64,000 bases of DNA. Origin: Myxococcota bacterium. GTDB lineage: Bacteria > Myxococcota_A > UBA9160. Every line of letters begins with the position of its first letter. Within the stretch, counting starts at the first letter, position 1. The position numbers and the translations under genes were made by a program. Below the pieces are notes generated by a model. The model was not told the DNA's origin and did not search any database. It saw only the letters and a list, made by a program, of their open reading frames with translations. Of this stretch, positions 18,571 to 26,729 are shown piece by piece. The stretch spans positions 29,395 through 93,394 of the forward strand of contig DATGZK010000022.1 in NCBI GenBank assembly GCA_035489755.1, read 5' to 3'.

Positions 18571-19358
18571 GCGACGAGACCTTCGCCGCCGTCGACCTGG
18601 ATCACATTGCCCGTGAGCCAGCCGCAGCCCGGCGCGGAGAGAGCCACCAGCACCTGCGCGACGTCCTCGGGCGTGGTGAGGCGCCCGCGCGGGTGGCGCG
18701 CGAGGGCCATCTCCACCATCTCCCGGCTCCCGGGGATCTTGGCGAGGGCCGGGGTCTGGGTGACACCCGCGCAGAGCGCATTCACCGTAATCTCCTCGGG
18801 GGCGAGCTCGACCGCGAGCTGGCGCACGAGCGCTTCAAGGGCGGCCTTCGCGGCGCCGACCGGACCGTAGGCGGGCCACACGCGCTTTGCGCCCTCGCTC
18901 GTCATCGCGAATACGCGTGCGCCGCGCTCAAACAGGCCGGCCGCGACGAGGGCTTCCGTCCAATCCACAAGGCTCGTGGCCATGACGTCCAGGGTCATCG
19001 CCATCTGGGCGGGAGATACCGCTTCCTTGGCGGAGGGGGCGACCAGCGGGCGCAGCGTTCCGAACGCAAGGGAGTGGAGGAGCACGCGAACCCGGGGGCC
19101 CGAGCCTATGGCCTCCGCCATGGCCGCGACGACGTCGGCCCGCTGTGCGGGGTCTGCGGCGTTCACGTTGAAAAGGTGCGCCCGCCGGCCGCAGGCCTCG
19201 ATGTCCTTCGCCACGGCCTCGGCAAGGGGCTGCGTGCTCTTTCGGTCGAGGTGGACCCCGACGACGTCGAGGCCCGCGGCCGCGAGCGCCCGGGCTGCGG
19301 CGGCTCCAAACCCGCTCGAGGCGCCGAGCACCACGCACCAACCCGGCAGCAGCGACAT
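18567..19358 (-). CDS. SDR-family oxidoreductase (FabL-like enoyl-ACP reductase type)
   Basis: VVLGASSGFGAAAARAL glycine motif. ATG at 19358 is preceded by AAGGAGGG. Stop overlaps the DUF1232 start. Confidence 0.75.
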   Translation of the reverse strand: MSLLPGWCVVLGASSGFGAAAARALAAAGLDVVGVHLDRKSTQPLAEAVAKDIEACGRRAHLFNVNAADPAQRADVVAAMAEAIGSGPRVRVLLHSLAFGTLRPLVAPSAKEAVSPAQMAMTLDVMATSLVDWTEALVAAGLFERGARVFAMTSEGAKRVWPAYGPVGAAKAALEALVRQLAVELAPEEITVNALCAGVTQTPALAKIPGSREMVEMALARHPRGRLTTPEDVAQVLVALSAPGCGWLTGNVIQVDGGEGLVA

Positions 19359-19403
19359 CGAGCCCTCCTTCCCTCGGCCCGCAAATCTTCTCACGAACCT
19401 GCG

Positions 19404-20885
19404 CTAGCGCCCAGCGGGAGCACTGGCTGCGCTGAAGTTGAGCGCACCCACGAGCGGCCTCCCGTCGGGCATCTTGCTCTTCTCGGCGGCGGGGTCCTCG
19501 AGGGAAAGCCCGAGAAGCGCCGCCACCGTCGGTGCGACGTCGATCTGACGCATCCGAGGGATCCGCACGTGGGGCCGCACGCCCGCGCCAAACGCAACGA
19601 AGCCAGGCGCCATCACGACGTGGTGCGGAAAGTAGCCAGCCCCTGCGCGCTCCGCCGCGGCGTGGAGGAGCGGCACCGAGACCGCCGCCCCGAACTCGTA
19701 ACCGAGTGTGGCCTCAAGGCCGAACCAGGCCTCCGGATCCGCGCCGCTGCGCAGCATCTCCTCGGCGCTCACGATGCGAAAAGCGCCGGTCTGGGCCGCC
19801 GCCTCGCCCAAAGCCCGGCGCGCCAGCACCGCGTCCTCCTCCTTGCGCGCGTAGACGAACGCGGCTCCGCCGCTCGGCCGGACGTAGGCGGACCAGCGGG
19901 TGGTGACGCCCGGCACGCCCGGGCTCGGGACGAGCAGGCCGACTTCGGCGAGCGCGACATTGGGTTCGAGCACGCTGTGCATGTCGACGACGCCGTGATC
20001 ACCGACGACGAAGATCGCCGCCGAGTGACCCGCAGCCGACGATTCGACGCATCCTACGAGCCGACGCAGCTCGGCGTCGGTCGCGGCCAAGGCATCGTGC
20101 GCCTGCGAGGAGGCGGGACCCTCGTCGCGAACCGCGGGCCAGGTCTGCGAAAGGTGCACGAGCAGGAGGCTGGGCGGCGCGCTCGAGCTCAGCATGGCGC
20201 AGGCAAGACCCACGAGCACGGCATCGCGCTCCGCGCTTGCTACGGCGACGCTGCGGCTCGACGCGCCGAGGCGGTGGGCCGGCTCGAGCAGGGCCGGGGT
20301 CGTGGAGGAGTCGAGAAGCGCGGGCCAGCCGGCAACGGCCGTCGGGAACTCCTCCGGGAAGAAGTAGTCCGCCGGGAGGCCGAAGCTCGCCGGCCAGCCG
20401 AGGGCCGCGGTCCGAAGGCCGCGGCTGCGGGCGACGCTCAGCAGCGTCGCCCCATGCGGTGCGACCGTATCCACCGGCGTCGGATCCGATGCACCTTCTG
20501 CCCGCAAGACGAGCTCTCCCGTAACACCGTGATGTGAGGGAAGCCGCCCCGTGAGCAAGGTCGCGTGCGCGGGCAACCTCGCGGCAGGCGCGACCGACTC
20601 GACGCGCTCCGCCAGCGCTCCCTCGGCCGCGCGCTCGGCGAGAAAGGGCATTGTCGCGCGGCGCCCCCCGGTCTCGAGATAGGCGCGAGGCATCAGGCCG
20701 GCGATGCTCACGAGCACGACGAGTTGCGGCGGACCGCTTCCAGGGGGAGGCACCGCAGGCTGCGGCTTCGGTTCGCTCTTCGCGACGGGGGCGGGCCCCT
20801 CGGGCGTCATGCGCACGGTCACGCAGCCTGCGAAGGCTGCGATGCCGAGTGCGACTGCCGCCGCAAGGCCGCACCGAGGCGTCAT
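19404..20885 (-). CDS. alkaline-phosphatase-superfamily (NPP/phosphodiesterase-like) lipoprotein
   Basis: Lipobox AAFAGC. LPAHATLLTGRLPSHHGV and IFVVGDHGVVDM align with NPP motifs. Confidence 0.7.
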   Translation of the reverse strand: MTPRCGLAAAVALGIAAFAGCVTVRMTPEGPAPVAKSEPKPQPAVPPPGSGPPQLVVLVSIAGLMPRAYLETGGRRATMPFLAERAAEGALAERVESVAPAARLPAHATLLTGRLPSHHGVTGELVLRAEGASDPTPVDTVAPHGATLLSVARSRGLRTAALGWPASFGLPADYFFPEEFPTAVAGWPALLDSSTTPALLEPAHRLGASSRSVAVASAERDAVLVGLACAMLSSSAPPSLLLVHLSQTWPAVRDEGPASSQAHDALAATDAELRRLVGCVESSAAGHSAAIFVVGDHGVVDMHSVLEPNVALAEVGLLVPSPGVPGVTTRWSAYVRPSGGAAFVYARKEEDAVLARRALGEAAAQTGAFRIVSAEEMLRSGADPEAWFGLEATLGYEFGAAVSVPLLHAAAERAGAGYFPHHVVMAPGFVAFGAGVRPHVRIPRMRQIDVAPTVAALLGLSLEDPAAEKSKMPDGRPLVGALNFSAASAPAGR

Positions 20886-21104
20886 GCAGCCTCGTGCCGA
20901 AAGGCACACTTCGCGCGAAGACTCGGCGATCGGGGAAGCGTTGGGAGAGAGAAGGCCGCGGCGACCCTCTCGGAGGAGCCAGAAAGCTTTCGCGCGCCCT
21001 CGCGCTCGAAGCAGCCCCTTGCTCTTCTCCTCACGGCGGATCCCGAAACCCGGGTTGGCGGGCGGATCTTCGGCTCGCTCTTAGAAGGCTCGGCATGCCT
21101 TTCA

Positions 21105-21998
21105 TCAGTGGAACACACCCTTGCGCTCGCGGCGCCCGCGCTCGAGCAAATCCGAAAGCGCGCGCCTGACCTCGTCCACCTTCTCCTCGATCGACGCGTC
21201 TTCGTCCGTGGGCGTGCCTTCAAAGCGCATGGGCTCACCAAAGTGGAGGTGATATTTCACGGGCAGCGGCAAGATGCCAAGGGGGCCGAGCCACGGGAAG
21301 CCCAGGGTGATCGGAAAGGCCGGCATCCCGAATAGGCGACCCAAGGCGGGCAGGTTCGTGAGACCTGGCTGCTGCTCCTCGGAGCCCACGATGCCGACGG
21401 GCACGATCGGTGTGTCGGTCTCAAGCGCAAGACGCATGAAGCCAAGGCCCATGCGCTGGAGTCGATAGCGCTCGGCGAAGGGCTTATTTATCCCGCGCAC
21501 GCCTTCAGGGAAGACCATCACACACTCGCCTGCCTCGAGCATCGAGACGCAGTTCTCCGGCGTACCCACTAGCACTCCGCCCCGCGCAGCCAGGACGTTG
21601 AACCAAGGGATGCGCGGGATCCAGTACTCGCCCATGGCCCGCACGATGCGCGGCGGCTCGGCTTCGAGCAGCATGGCCATCGAGAGCATGAGACCGTCGA
21701 AGGGGAGCTGCCCCGCATGGTTTGCGATGAGCAGAACGCGCCCTCGCGGAACGTTCTTCAAGTCATGGCATTCCGTGCGGAAGTAGTAGCGGTAAAGCAG
21801 CACCGCGGGCAGGGAGGAGCGGCGAATCACGTCGGGCTTAAAGCCGTAGGGATCGAAGCCGAACTCGTTCACGCGGGTGGGAAGTCGGGCAACGCGCGCG
21901 TCGAGCTCGCGCTCGATCTCGCGCAGGCTGAGCGGAACGACCGCACCCGCGAGATCGGAGAGCGCACCCCTGATCCCCGTGCGTCGCCGTGCCATCAT
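21105..21998 (-). CDS. lysophospholipid (AGPAT/PlsC-like) acyltransferase, paralog A
   Basis: Motifs ANHAGQLPFDG (NHx4D) and VFPEGVRG. ATG overlaps the stop of the upstream SDR (ATGA). Confidence 0.85.
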   Translation of the reverse strand: MMARRRTGIRGALSDLAGAVVPLSLREIERELDARVARLPTRVNEFGFDPYGFKPDVIRRSSLPAVLLYRYYFRTECHDLKNVPRGRVLLIANHAGQLPFDGLMLSMAMLLEAEPPRIVRAMGEYWIPRIPWFNVLAARGGVLVGTPENCVSMLEAGECVMVFPEGVRGINKPFAERYRLQRMGLGFMRLALETDTPIVPVGIVGSEEQQPGLTNLPALGRLFGMPAFPITLGFPWLGPLGILPLPVKYHLHFGEPMRFEGTPTDEDASIEEKVDEVRRALSDLLERGRRERKGVFH

Positions 21999-22912
21999 CG
22001 CCTCACGCTGTGGAAGATCTCCTCAAGGCCGAAAAGGCAGCGGAAGTTCGTCGCGTCGACGAAGCGTTTGCCCGAGAGCGTGACCGGGTACTTCAGATAG
22101 TCGATCGCGCCCGGGGGATAGGGCCAAAGCCCCCAGCGGAAAAGGCGCTCGAAGATCGGACGAACCAGGGGTTCGGGAAGGGGGATCGCCGTGTCGCCCG
22201 TTTCCCGAATCGCGGTGTGGAGCGGGACCGCTCCGGGTCCTGCCACGTTGAAGACACCCTGGAGACCGTGCTCGAGGGCGAGGGCAATCGCCTCACACAC
22301 ATCTTCTTCGTGGATGAACTGCATCATCGGATCAAAGCCCATGATCGTCGGCACGCGATTCTGGCGGAGGTACTCCCCGATCATCGAGTGGACGAAATAC
22401 CCGAGGACGTTCACGGGCCGGAGCACGCTGGTCCGGATGTGCGGGTACTTCCAAATGAAGGCGGAGGCCAGCGTGTCGAGCTCCACCAGATCGCGGATCT
22501 CCGGATAGGAACGACTGGCGGAGAGGGGCTGGTCCTCGTCCATGTAGAAGGGATTCTCAGCGAAGGCTCCGTAGACGTACCCGCTCGAGAGGACGACCAG
22601 CTTCTGGACCCCGTAGTGCGTGCAATGATCGAGCAGCTGCTTGGTCCCGCGCACATTCACGTCATGGCGCGTGCGCTCATCCCCCCGGAAGTGGCGGATG
22701 AACGCCATGTGCACAATGGCCGTGGGGAGCTCCGTCCGAATCACGTCTTCGAACTTCTTCTTCCGCAGATCGACGACGTGCACGTTCACGCCCCGGGGCT
22801 TCCCGTCCCAGGGCACGCGGTCGGCTCCGCAGACCTCGTAGGTCTCCTGCAGGCGCCGGGCGAGGAGCCTGCCCTGGCCGCCCGAGATCCCCGTGATCAG
22901 GACTTTTTCCAT
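21995..22912 (-). CDS. NAD-dependent epimerase/dehydratase-family (extended SDR) protein, paralog A
   Basis: MEKVLITGISGGQGRLL Rossmann motif. Track ORF 21995..23701 trimmed to the ATG at 22912. Confidence 0.8.
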   Translation of the reverse strand: MEKVLITGISGGQGRLLARRLQETYEVCGADRVPWDGKPRGVNVHVVDLRKKKFEDVIRTELPTAIVHMAFIRHFRGDERTRHDVNVRGTKQLLDHCTHYGVQKLVVLSSGYVYGAFAENPFYMDEDQPLSASRSYPEIRDLVELDTLASAFIWKYPHIRTSVLRPVNVLGYFVHSMIGEYLRQNRVPTIMGFDPMMQFIHEEDVCEAIALALEHGLQGVFNVAGPGAVPLHTAIRETGDTAIPLPEPLVRPIFERLFRWGLWPYPPGAIDYLKYPVTLSGKRFVDATNFRCLFGLEEIFHSVRR

Positions 22913-23005
22913 TGCTGCTCCGAGGGGTTGGACACGAGGGTAGTGGCTTCGGAGGCGCGCATCTACTCCGTCGTGGTATAACCCGGACCCCGGAGGGAGA
23001 CGGAG

Positions 23006-23719
23006 TTGGAGCCTTCGGCGCGTTTCGAGGAGGTGAAGATCCCGCTTGGCGAGGAGGTGGGGGGCGTCTCCGCAGTTTCCGCCATGATCGGGATGCCGGA
23101 GTGGTGGCCGACGGGCTCTCGCGTGGGGATCGTCCTGGCCCACGGTGCCGGCGGCGACTTCAACGATCCCCTTTTGGTCGACCTTCATCAGGCCTTGACC
23201 GCGCGCAAGTATCTGACCCTGCGCTTCAACTTCCCGTTTGCGGAGGCACGCCGGCGACGGCCGGATCCGCCCGCGGCTCTCGAACGGGCGCTGCGCAGCG
23301 CGGTCGCGGTGTTCGCACGAGATCCGACCGCCGCGCCGGCTCACCTCTTTGTCGCGGGCAAGGGCCTTGGCGGGCGGGTGGCGGCCGATGTCGCGAGAGC
23401 TGGGCTGCGCGTCGACGGCCTCATCTTCCTCGGCTACCCGCTCAGCGCGCCGGGAGATCCCAAGCAGGTGCGCGTCGAACACCTCTACCGGATCGTTTCG
23501 CCGATGTTCTTCTTGCAAGGCACCCGCGACCGGGGCTGCGATGTGGATGTCCTTCGCCGCACGCTGACGCGAGTGGGCGCCCCGACGTCGCTTCACGTCG
23601 TCCCCGACGCCGACCAGCATTTCAAGGTTCCGCGCAAGAGCGGACGGAGCGATGCCGACGTGCGAGGCGAGATTCTGGGTCTCGTGGACGCGTGGATCCA
23701 CCGCGTTCTCGGAGAGTAG
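23006..23719 (+). CDS. alpha/beta-hydrolase-fold protein (COG3571/KANL3-like)
   Basis: 237 aa. GIVLAHGAGGDFNDPLL ... FLQGTRD pattern. Confidence 0.7.
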   Translation: MEPSARFEEVKIPLGEEVGGVSAVSAMIGMPEWWPTGSRVGIVLAHGAGGDFNDPLLVDLHQALTARKYLTLRFNFPFAEARRRRPDPPAALERALRSAVAVFARDPTAAPAHLFVAGKGLGGRVAADVARAGLRVDGLIFLGYPLSAPGDPKQVRVEHLYRIVSPMFFLQGTRDRGCDVDVLRRTLTRVGAPTSLHVVPDADQHFKVPRKSGRSDADVRGEILGLVDAWIHRVLGE

Positions 23720-23721
23720 CC

Positions 23722-24216
23722 GTGCGGGAAGAGGAGACTGAGAGCAGTCGCCTTTTCCGCGCAGCCACCTGTGAACCCGCCCTCTTCGCGCAGGTCGCGG
23801 CGGATGCCGGAGCGACCCGCGCCGCCCTGTACGTCGTCTTTGGCGTGGCCCTCGCCGCGGGAATCGGCCACCTCCCTGCGGGAGGCCTCTCTGGCCTCCT
23901 CGGGGGCAGCGCGCGCTGGCTATTCGCGTGGGTGGTATGGCTTTTGACCGTGCATTTCGGCGCGCTTGTGCTCGGACACCCGAGTGACCTCGGCCGCCTC
24001 TTCCGCTCCCTTGGCTACGCGAGCGTCCCTTTCGCGCTCGCGGCCTTCGAGTGGATCCCGCTCCTTGGTGCGCTCATCTGGCTCGCGAAGTGGGGGCTTG
24101 GATTTTTCGCCTTCACGACGGGCGCACGCCAGGCCCTTGAGCTCGAGAACTCCTCAGCCGCGCTGCTTTGCGCGGTGGGCCTCGCCCTGGCCGCGCTCGC
24201 TCTCCATCTCTTTTAA
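23722..24216 (+). CDS. Yip1-like multi-pass membrane protein
   Basis: GTG at 23722, directly after the hydrolase stop. Four or five hydrophobic helices. Confidence 0.55.
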   Translation: MREEETESSRLFRAATCEPALFAQVAADAGATRAALYVVFGVALAAGIGHLPAGGLSGLLGGSARWLFAWVVWLLTVHFGALVLGHPSDLGRLFRSLGYASVPFALAAFEWIPLLGALIWLAKWGLGFFAFTTGARQALELENSSAALLCAVGLALAALALHLF

Positions 24217-24249
24217 CGAGCCCCACGACCCCGCTGCTACGATGCGGGA

Positions 24250-24954
24250 ATGAAGCGCGCGCCCTCGGATCTCTATTTCCGCCAGGAGGCGGTCGGCCAG
24301 ATGGCGAACTTTGCCTATCTCGTCGGAAGCCGAAGTGCGCGGCAGGCGCTGCTCGTCGATCCGGCCTGGAGCGTGGATGCCCTCCTCGAGCGGGCAGCTG
24401 CGGACGACATGGAGGTGGTGGGGGCGCTTGTCACGCACTACCACCAAGATCACGTCGGTGGGTCCCTCTTCGGTCACGAAATCGAGGGGGTGGCCCACCT
24501 GCTGACGCGCAAGTCTGTCCCGATCCATGCAAACGAACACGAAGCCGAAGGGGTACGGCGGGTGACCGGCGCGTCCACGGGAGACATCGTGCGCCACAGC
24601 GCCGGGGACGTGATCGAGCTCGGCGAGATTCGGATCCGCCTGCTGCATACGCCGGGGCACACGCCCGGCTCTCAGTGCTTCCTGGTCGAAGAAGCGAGAA
24701 GCCCCAGCCGCCTCGTCTCCGGGGACACGCTCTTTCTTGGAAGCTGCGGCCGAGTCGACTTGCCCGGGAGCGACCCAGAGGCGATGTACCGGAGCCTCAA
24801 TCTCACCCTGAAGCAGCTCCCCGATGAGACGCTGCTCTATCCCGGGCACATGTACGCCTCGGAGCCCTCCTCGACGATGGGCGAGCAAAAGCGAAGCAAC
24901 CCCTTTCTACGGGTCGCAAGCTTGGAGCAGTTTCTCAGCTTCGTCGGGTTCTAG
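24250..24954 (+). CDS. MBL-fold metallo-hydrolase
   Basis: VTHYHQDHVGG motif, plus later His/Asp ligands (HTPGHTPGS). Confidence 0.85.
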   Translation: MKRAPSDLYFRQEAVGQMANFAYLVGSRSARQALLVDPAWSVDALLERAAADDMEVVGALVTHYHQDHVGGSLFGHEIEGVAHLLTRKSVPIHANEHEAEGVRRVTGASTGDIVRHSAGDVIELGEIRIRLLHTPGHTPGSQCFLVEEARSPSRLVSGDTLFLGSCGRVDLPGSDPEAMYRSLNLTLKQLPDETLLYPGHMYASEPSSTMGEQKRSNPFLRVASLEQFLSFVGF

Positions 24955-24971
24955 AAGAGCGTGCGGGGGCC

Positions 24972-25514
24972 CTACTTCTTCCCCTCGTCCTTGGCCGTCA
25001 CGATGATCTCGCCCTCGAGCCTGCCCCGCGCCGAAGCCGCGTTGCTACCCGGGTCGGGACGGCGCACCATGTACTTGTAGCGCCCCGGCTTGAGCTCGCA
25101 GAAGCTTGCGAACTCGCCGGCATGGATGTCGCCTGAGACGATCTCGGAGTCCTTGATCGTGAAGTTCACGAGGCTGTGGCAAATCATCGACTTCGCCGTA
25201 TCGCGGTCGAAAACGATCTGGGACGGGATCTTCGAGTAGCTGAGCCACGCCACGTGCTCGCCCTCGGTCAGCTGGACAAGGCGAGGATTGAGGGCTTCAT
25301 CGGCGATCAGTACCACCTTTCGCGGAGCCGCCATGGCGGCCGGGTCGAGCTGCGGGATTCCGCTCGGTGAGGTGTACGGGATTTCCTGGGGATGATCGTC
25401 CGCAGCACGTGCCACATCGGGCGCAGCCGCGAAGAGCGCCAGTGCGGCGACCGCCGGCGCAAGGAGGAGCCACGAGCGCGAACGCAATCCCGACGGAGCA
25501 ATTACGTGCTGCAT
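24972..25514 (-). CDS. secreted hypothetical protein (beta-sandwich-like)
   Basis: ATG at 25514 gives the signal peptide MQHVIAPSGLRSRSWLLLAPAVAALALFAAAPDVARA. No family recognised. Confidence 0.6.
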   Translation of the reverse strand: MQHVIAPSGLRSRSWLLLAPAVAALALFAAAPDVARAADDHPQEIPYTSPSGIPQLDPAAMAAPRKVVLIADEALNPRLVQLTEGEHVAWLSYSKIPSQIVFDRDTAKSMICHSLVNFTIKDSEIVSGDIHAGEFASFCELKPGRYKYMVRRPDPGSNAASARGRLEGEIIVTAKDEGKK

Positions 25515-25550
25515 TGCGGAACCGGGCCTCCTGTCGGGGTGGCACTCGAG

Positions 25551-25573
25551 TGACACTCCGATTAAGTGTGTCA
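25551..25573. promoter_or_regulatory. inverted repeat TGACAC-N11-GTGTCA upstream of the secreted-protein gene
   Basis: tgacactccgattaagtgtgtca lies 37-59 nt upstream of the ATG at 25514. Arms are perfect 6-mers. Confidence 0.3.
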
Positions 25574-25903
25574 GTAGCTGCACCTTATACCAGACCGATC
25601 AACCCCTTGAGAGCCAATTGTGCGCCTTGCGCGGCACGCCGTCGAGGTGTCTCCTCCTCCCCCCAAAGCCCCTGCATCCGAGCGTTCGCGGGGTCGTCGG
25701 CCCGGCCGTAGGGGATCGCGAAAGCCGTATCGCAACCCCCACGCGCGGCGAAGATCGAAGACGCGCACCGCACGCACCGGCCCTTTGCGCGGGTTGACAC
25801 GGGCGCTCCGTTTTTCTTGGCGGGCGCTCGGGCCGTGGAAGCGGCGGGACCCAAGGCGTCGGCCCGCGGGCAGTGCGACTGCGCGGCGCTCCCGCGGATC
25901 GCT

Positions 25904-26560
25904 TCAGGGTGCGATGAGACCTTCCCGGATCGCGATGCGAACCAAACCCGTGACTTTTTTGACGTCGAGCTTGGTCATGAGGTGGGCACGGTGCGAGTCC
26001 ACCGTCCGGACCGCAAGGCACAGCCTTCCCGCAATCTCTTTGCTCGAGAAGCCCTCCGCAATGAGCTGAAGGACCTCTCGCTCACGAGAGGTCAGCCGAG
26101 AGAAAGAGTGATGACCGTTCACGGGCGGCTCGGCGAGCGCCTCAAACAGGCTGGCGGCCGCCGACGATGAGACGTAGCGCTGACCTCGCTGGAGGGCCCG
26201 AAGCGCGGCGAAGAACTCCTCCTGTGACGACTCGCGCGAGAGGAAGCCGAATGCGCCGGCCCGCACGATTTCGGCGATCGGGATCGGCCGCATGTGCGTG
26301 CAGAAGATCAGCACTTTTGCGGGTGCCCCGGCTCGAAGCATTCGCCGGGTGACCTCGAGGCCGCAGAGCCCACGAAGCCAACCGTCGACGACGGCAAGGT
26401 CAGGCTGTGAGCGACGCGCTTCGGCGAGCGCTTCGTGCGCGTCGGAGGCCTCGGCGACGACGTGGAGGGTCTTGTCTTCCTCGATCAGCGCCCGCAGCCC
26501 CTGGCGAAAGATCGGGTGGTCGTAGGCCAGGAGGACTCTGGTCACCATCGCTGGAGACAT
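25904..26560 (-). CDS. NarL/FixJ-type response regulator with LuxR HTH (atypical receiver)
   Basis: Receiver plus LTSREREVLQLIAEGFSSKEIA HTH. Acid pocket reads YD instead of DD. The conserved Lys position reads Arg (GFLSRE). Confidence 0.85.
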   Translation of the reverse strand: MSPAMVTRVLLAYDHPIFRQGLRALIEEDKTLHVVAEASDAHEALAEARRSQPDLAVVDGWLRGLCGLEVTRRMLRAGAPAKVLIFCTHMRPIPIAEIVRAGAFGFLSRESSQEEFFAALRALQRGQRYVSSSAAASLFEALAEPPVNGHHSFSRLTSREREVLQLIAEGFSSKEIAGRLCLAVRTVDSHRAHLMTKLDVKKVTGLVRIAIREGLIAP

Positions 26561-26610
26561 CGCTCCCCTTGCAGACGGGGCAAAGGCGCCCTTGCTGAAT
26601 CTAAGACACC

Positions 26611-26639
26611 TTCTTATCAGATTGGTACATCTAGATCAA
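26611..26639 (-). promoter_or_regulatory. candidate sigma70-type promoter inside an AT-rich island
   Basis: Minus strand reads TTGATC-N17-TAAGAA with TG one nt upstream of the -10. Lies 50-80 nt upstream of the regulator start in an otherwise GC-rich genome. Confidence 0.3.
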
Positions 26640-26729
26640 ATTGATACGCCTTTCGGCGTTCCACGTGCGTTCCGCGTCCTCTTCGGGCGGGTCACTCAAG
26701 CAGTCTTGGCGAGCGGGGATCGCAGGAGG

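Noticed and set aside
25540-25556. Sigma54 promoter-like TGGCAC-N5-TGAC near the cNMP/sigma54 regulator neighbourhood.
   Set aside because: The -12 element lacks the GC (TGAC instead of TTGC). The motif also points plus-strand into a region with no plus-strand gene. A minus-strand TGGTAT..TGCAG candidate upstream of 25514 has GG-N8-GC spacing instead of N10.
25585-25854. 89-aa minus-strand ORF in the 390-bp spacer downstream of the LuxR regulator (MGPAASTARAPAKKNG...CVRCASS...).
   Set aside because: Third-position GC is clearly lower than in the confirmed genes. There is no convincing RBS and no recognisable motif beyond a single CxxC. It could be real, but I cannot support it.
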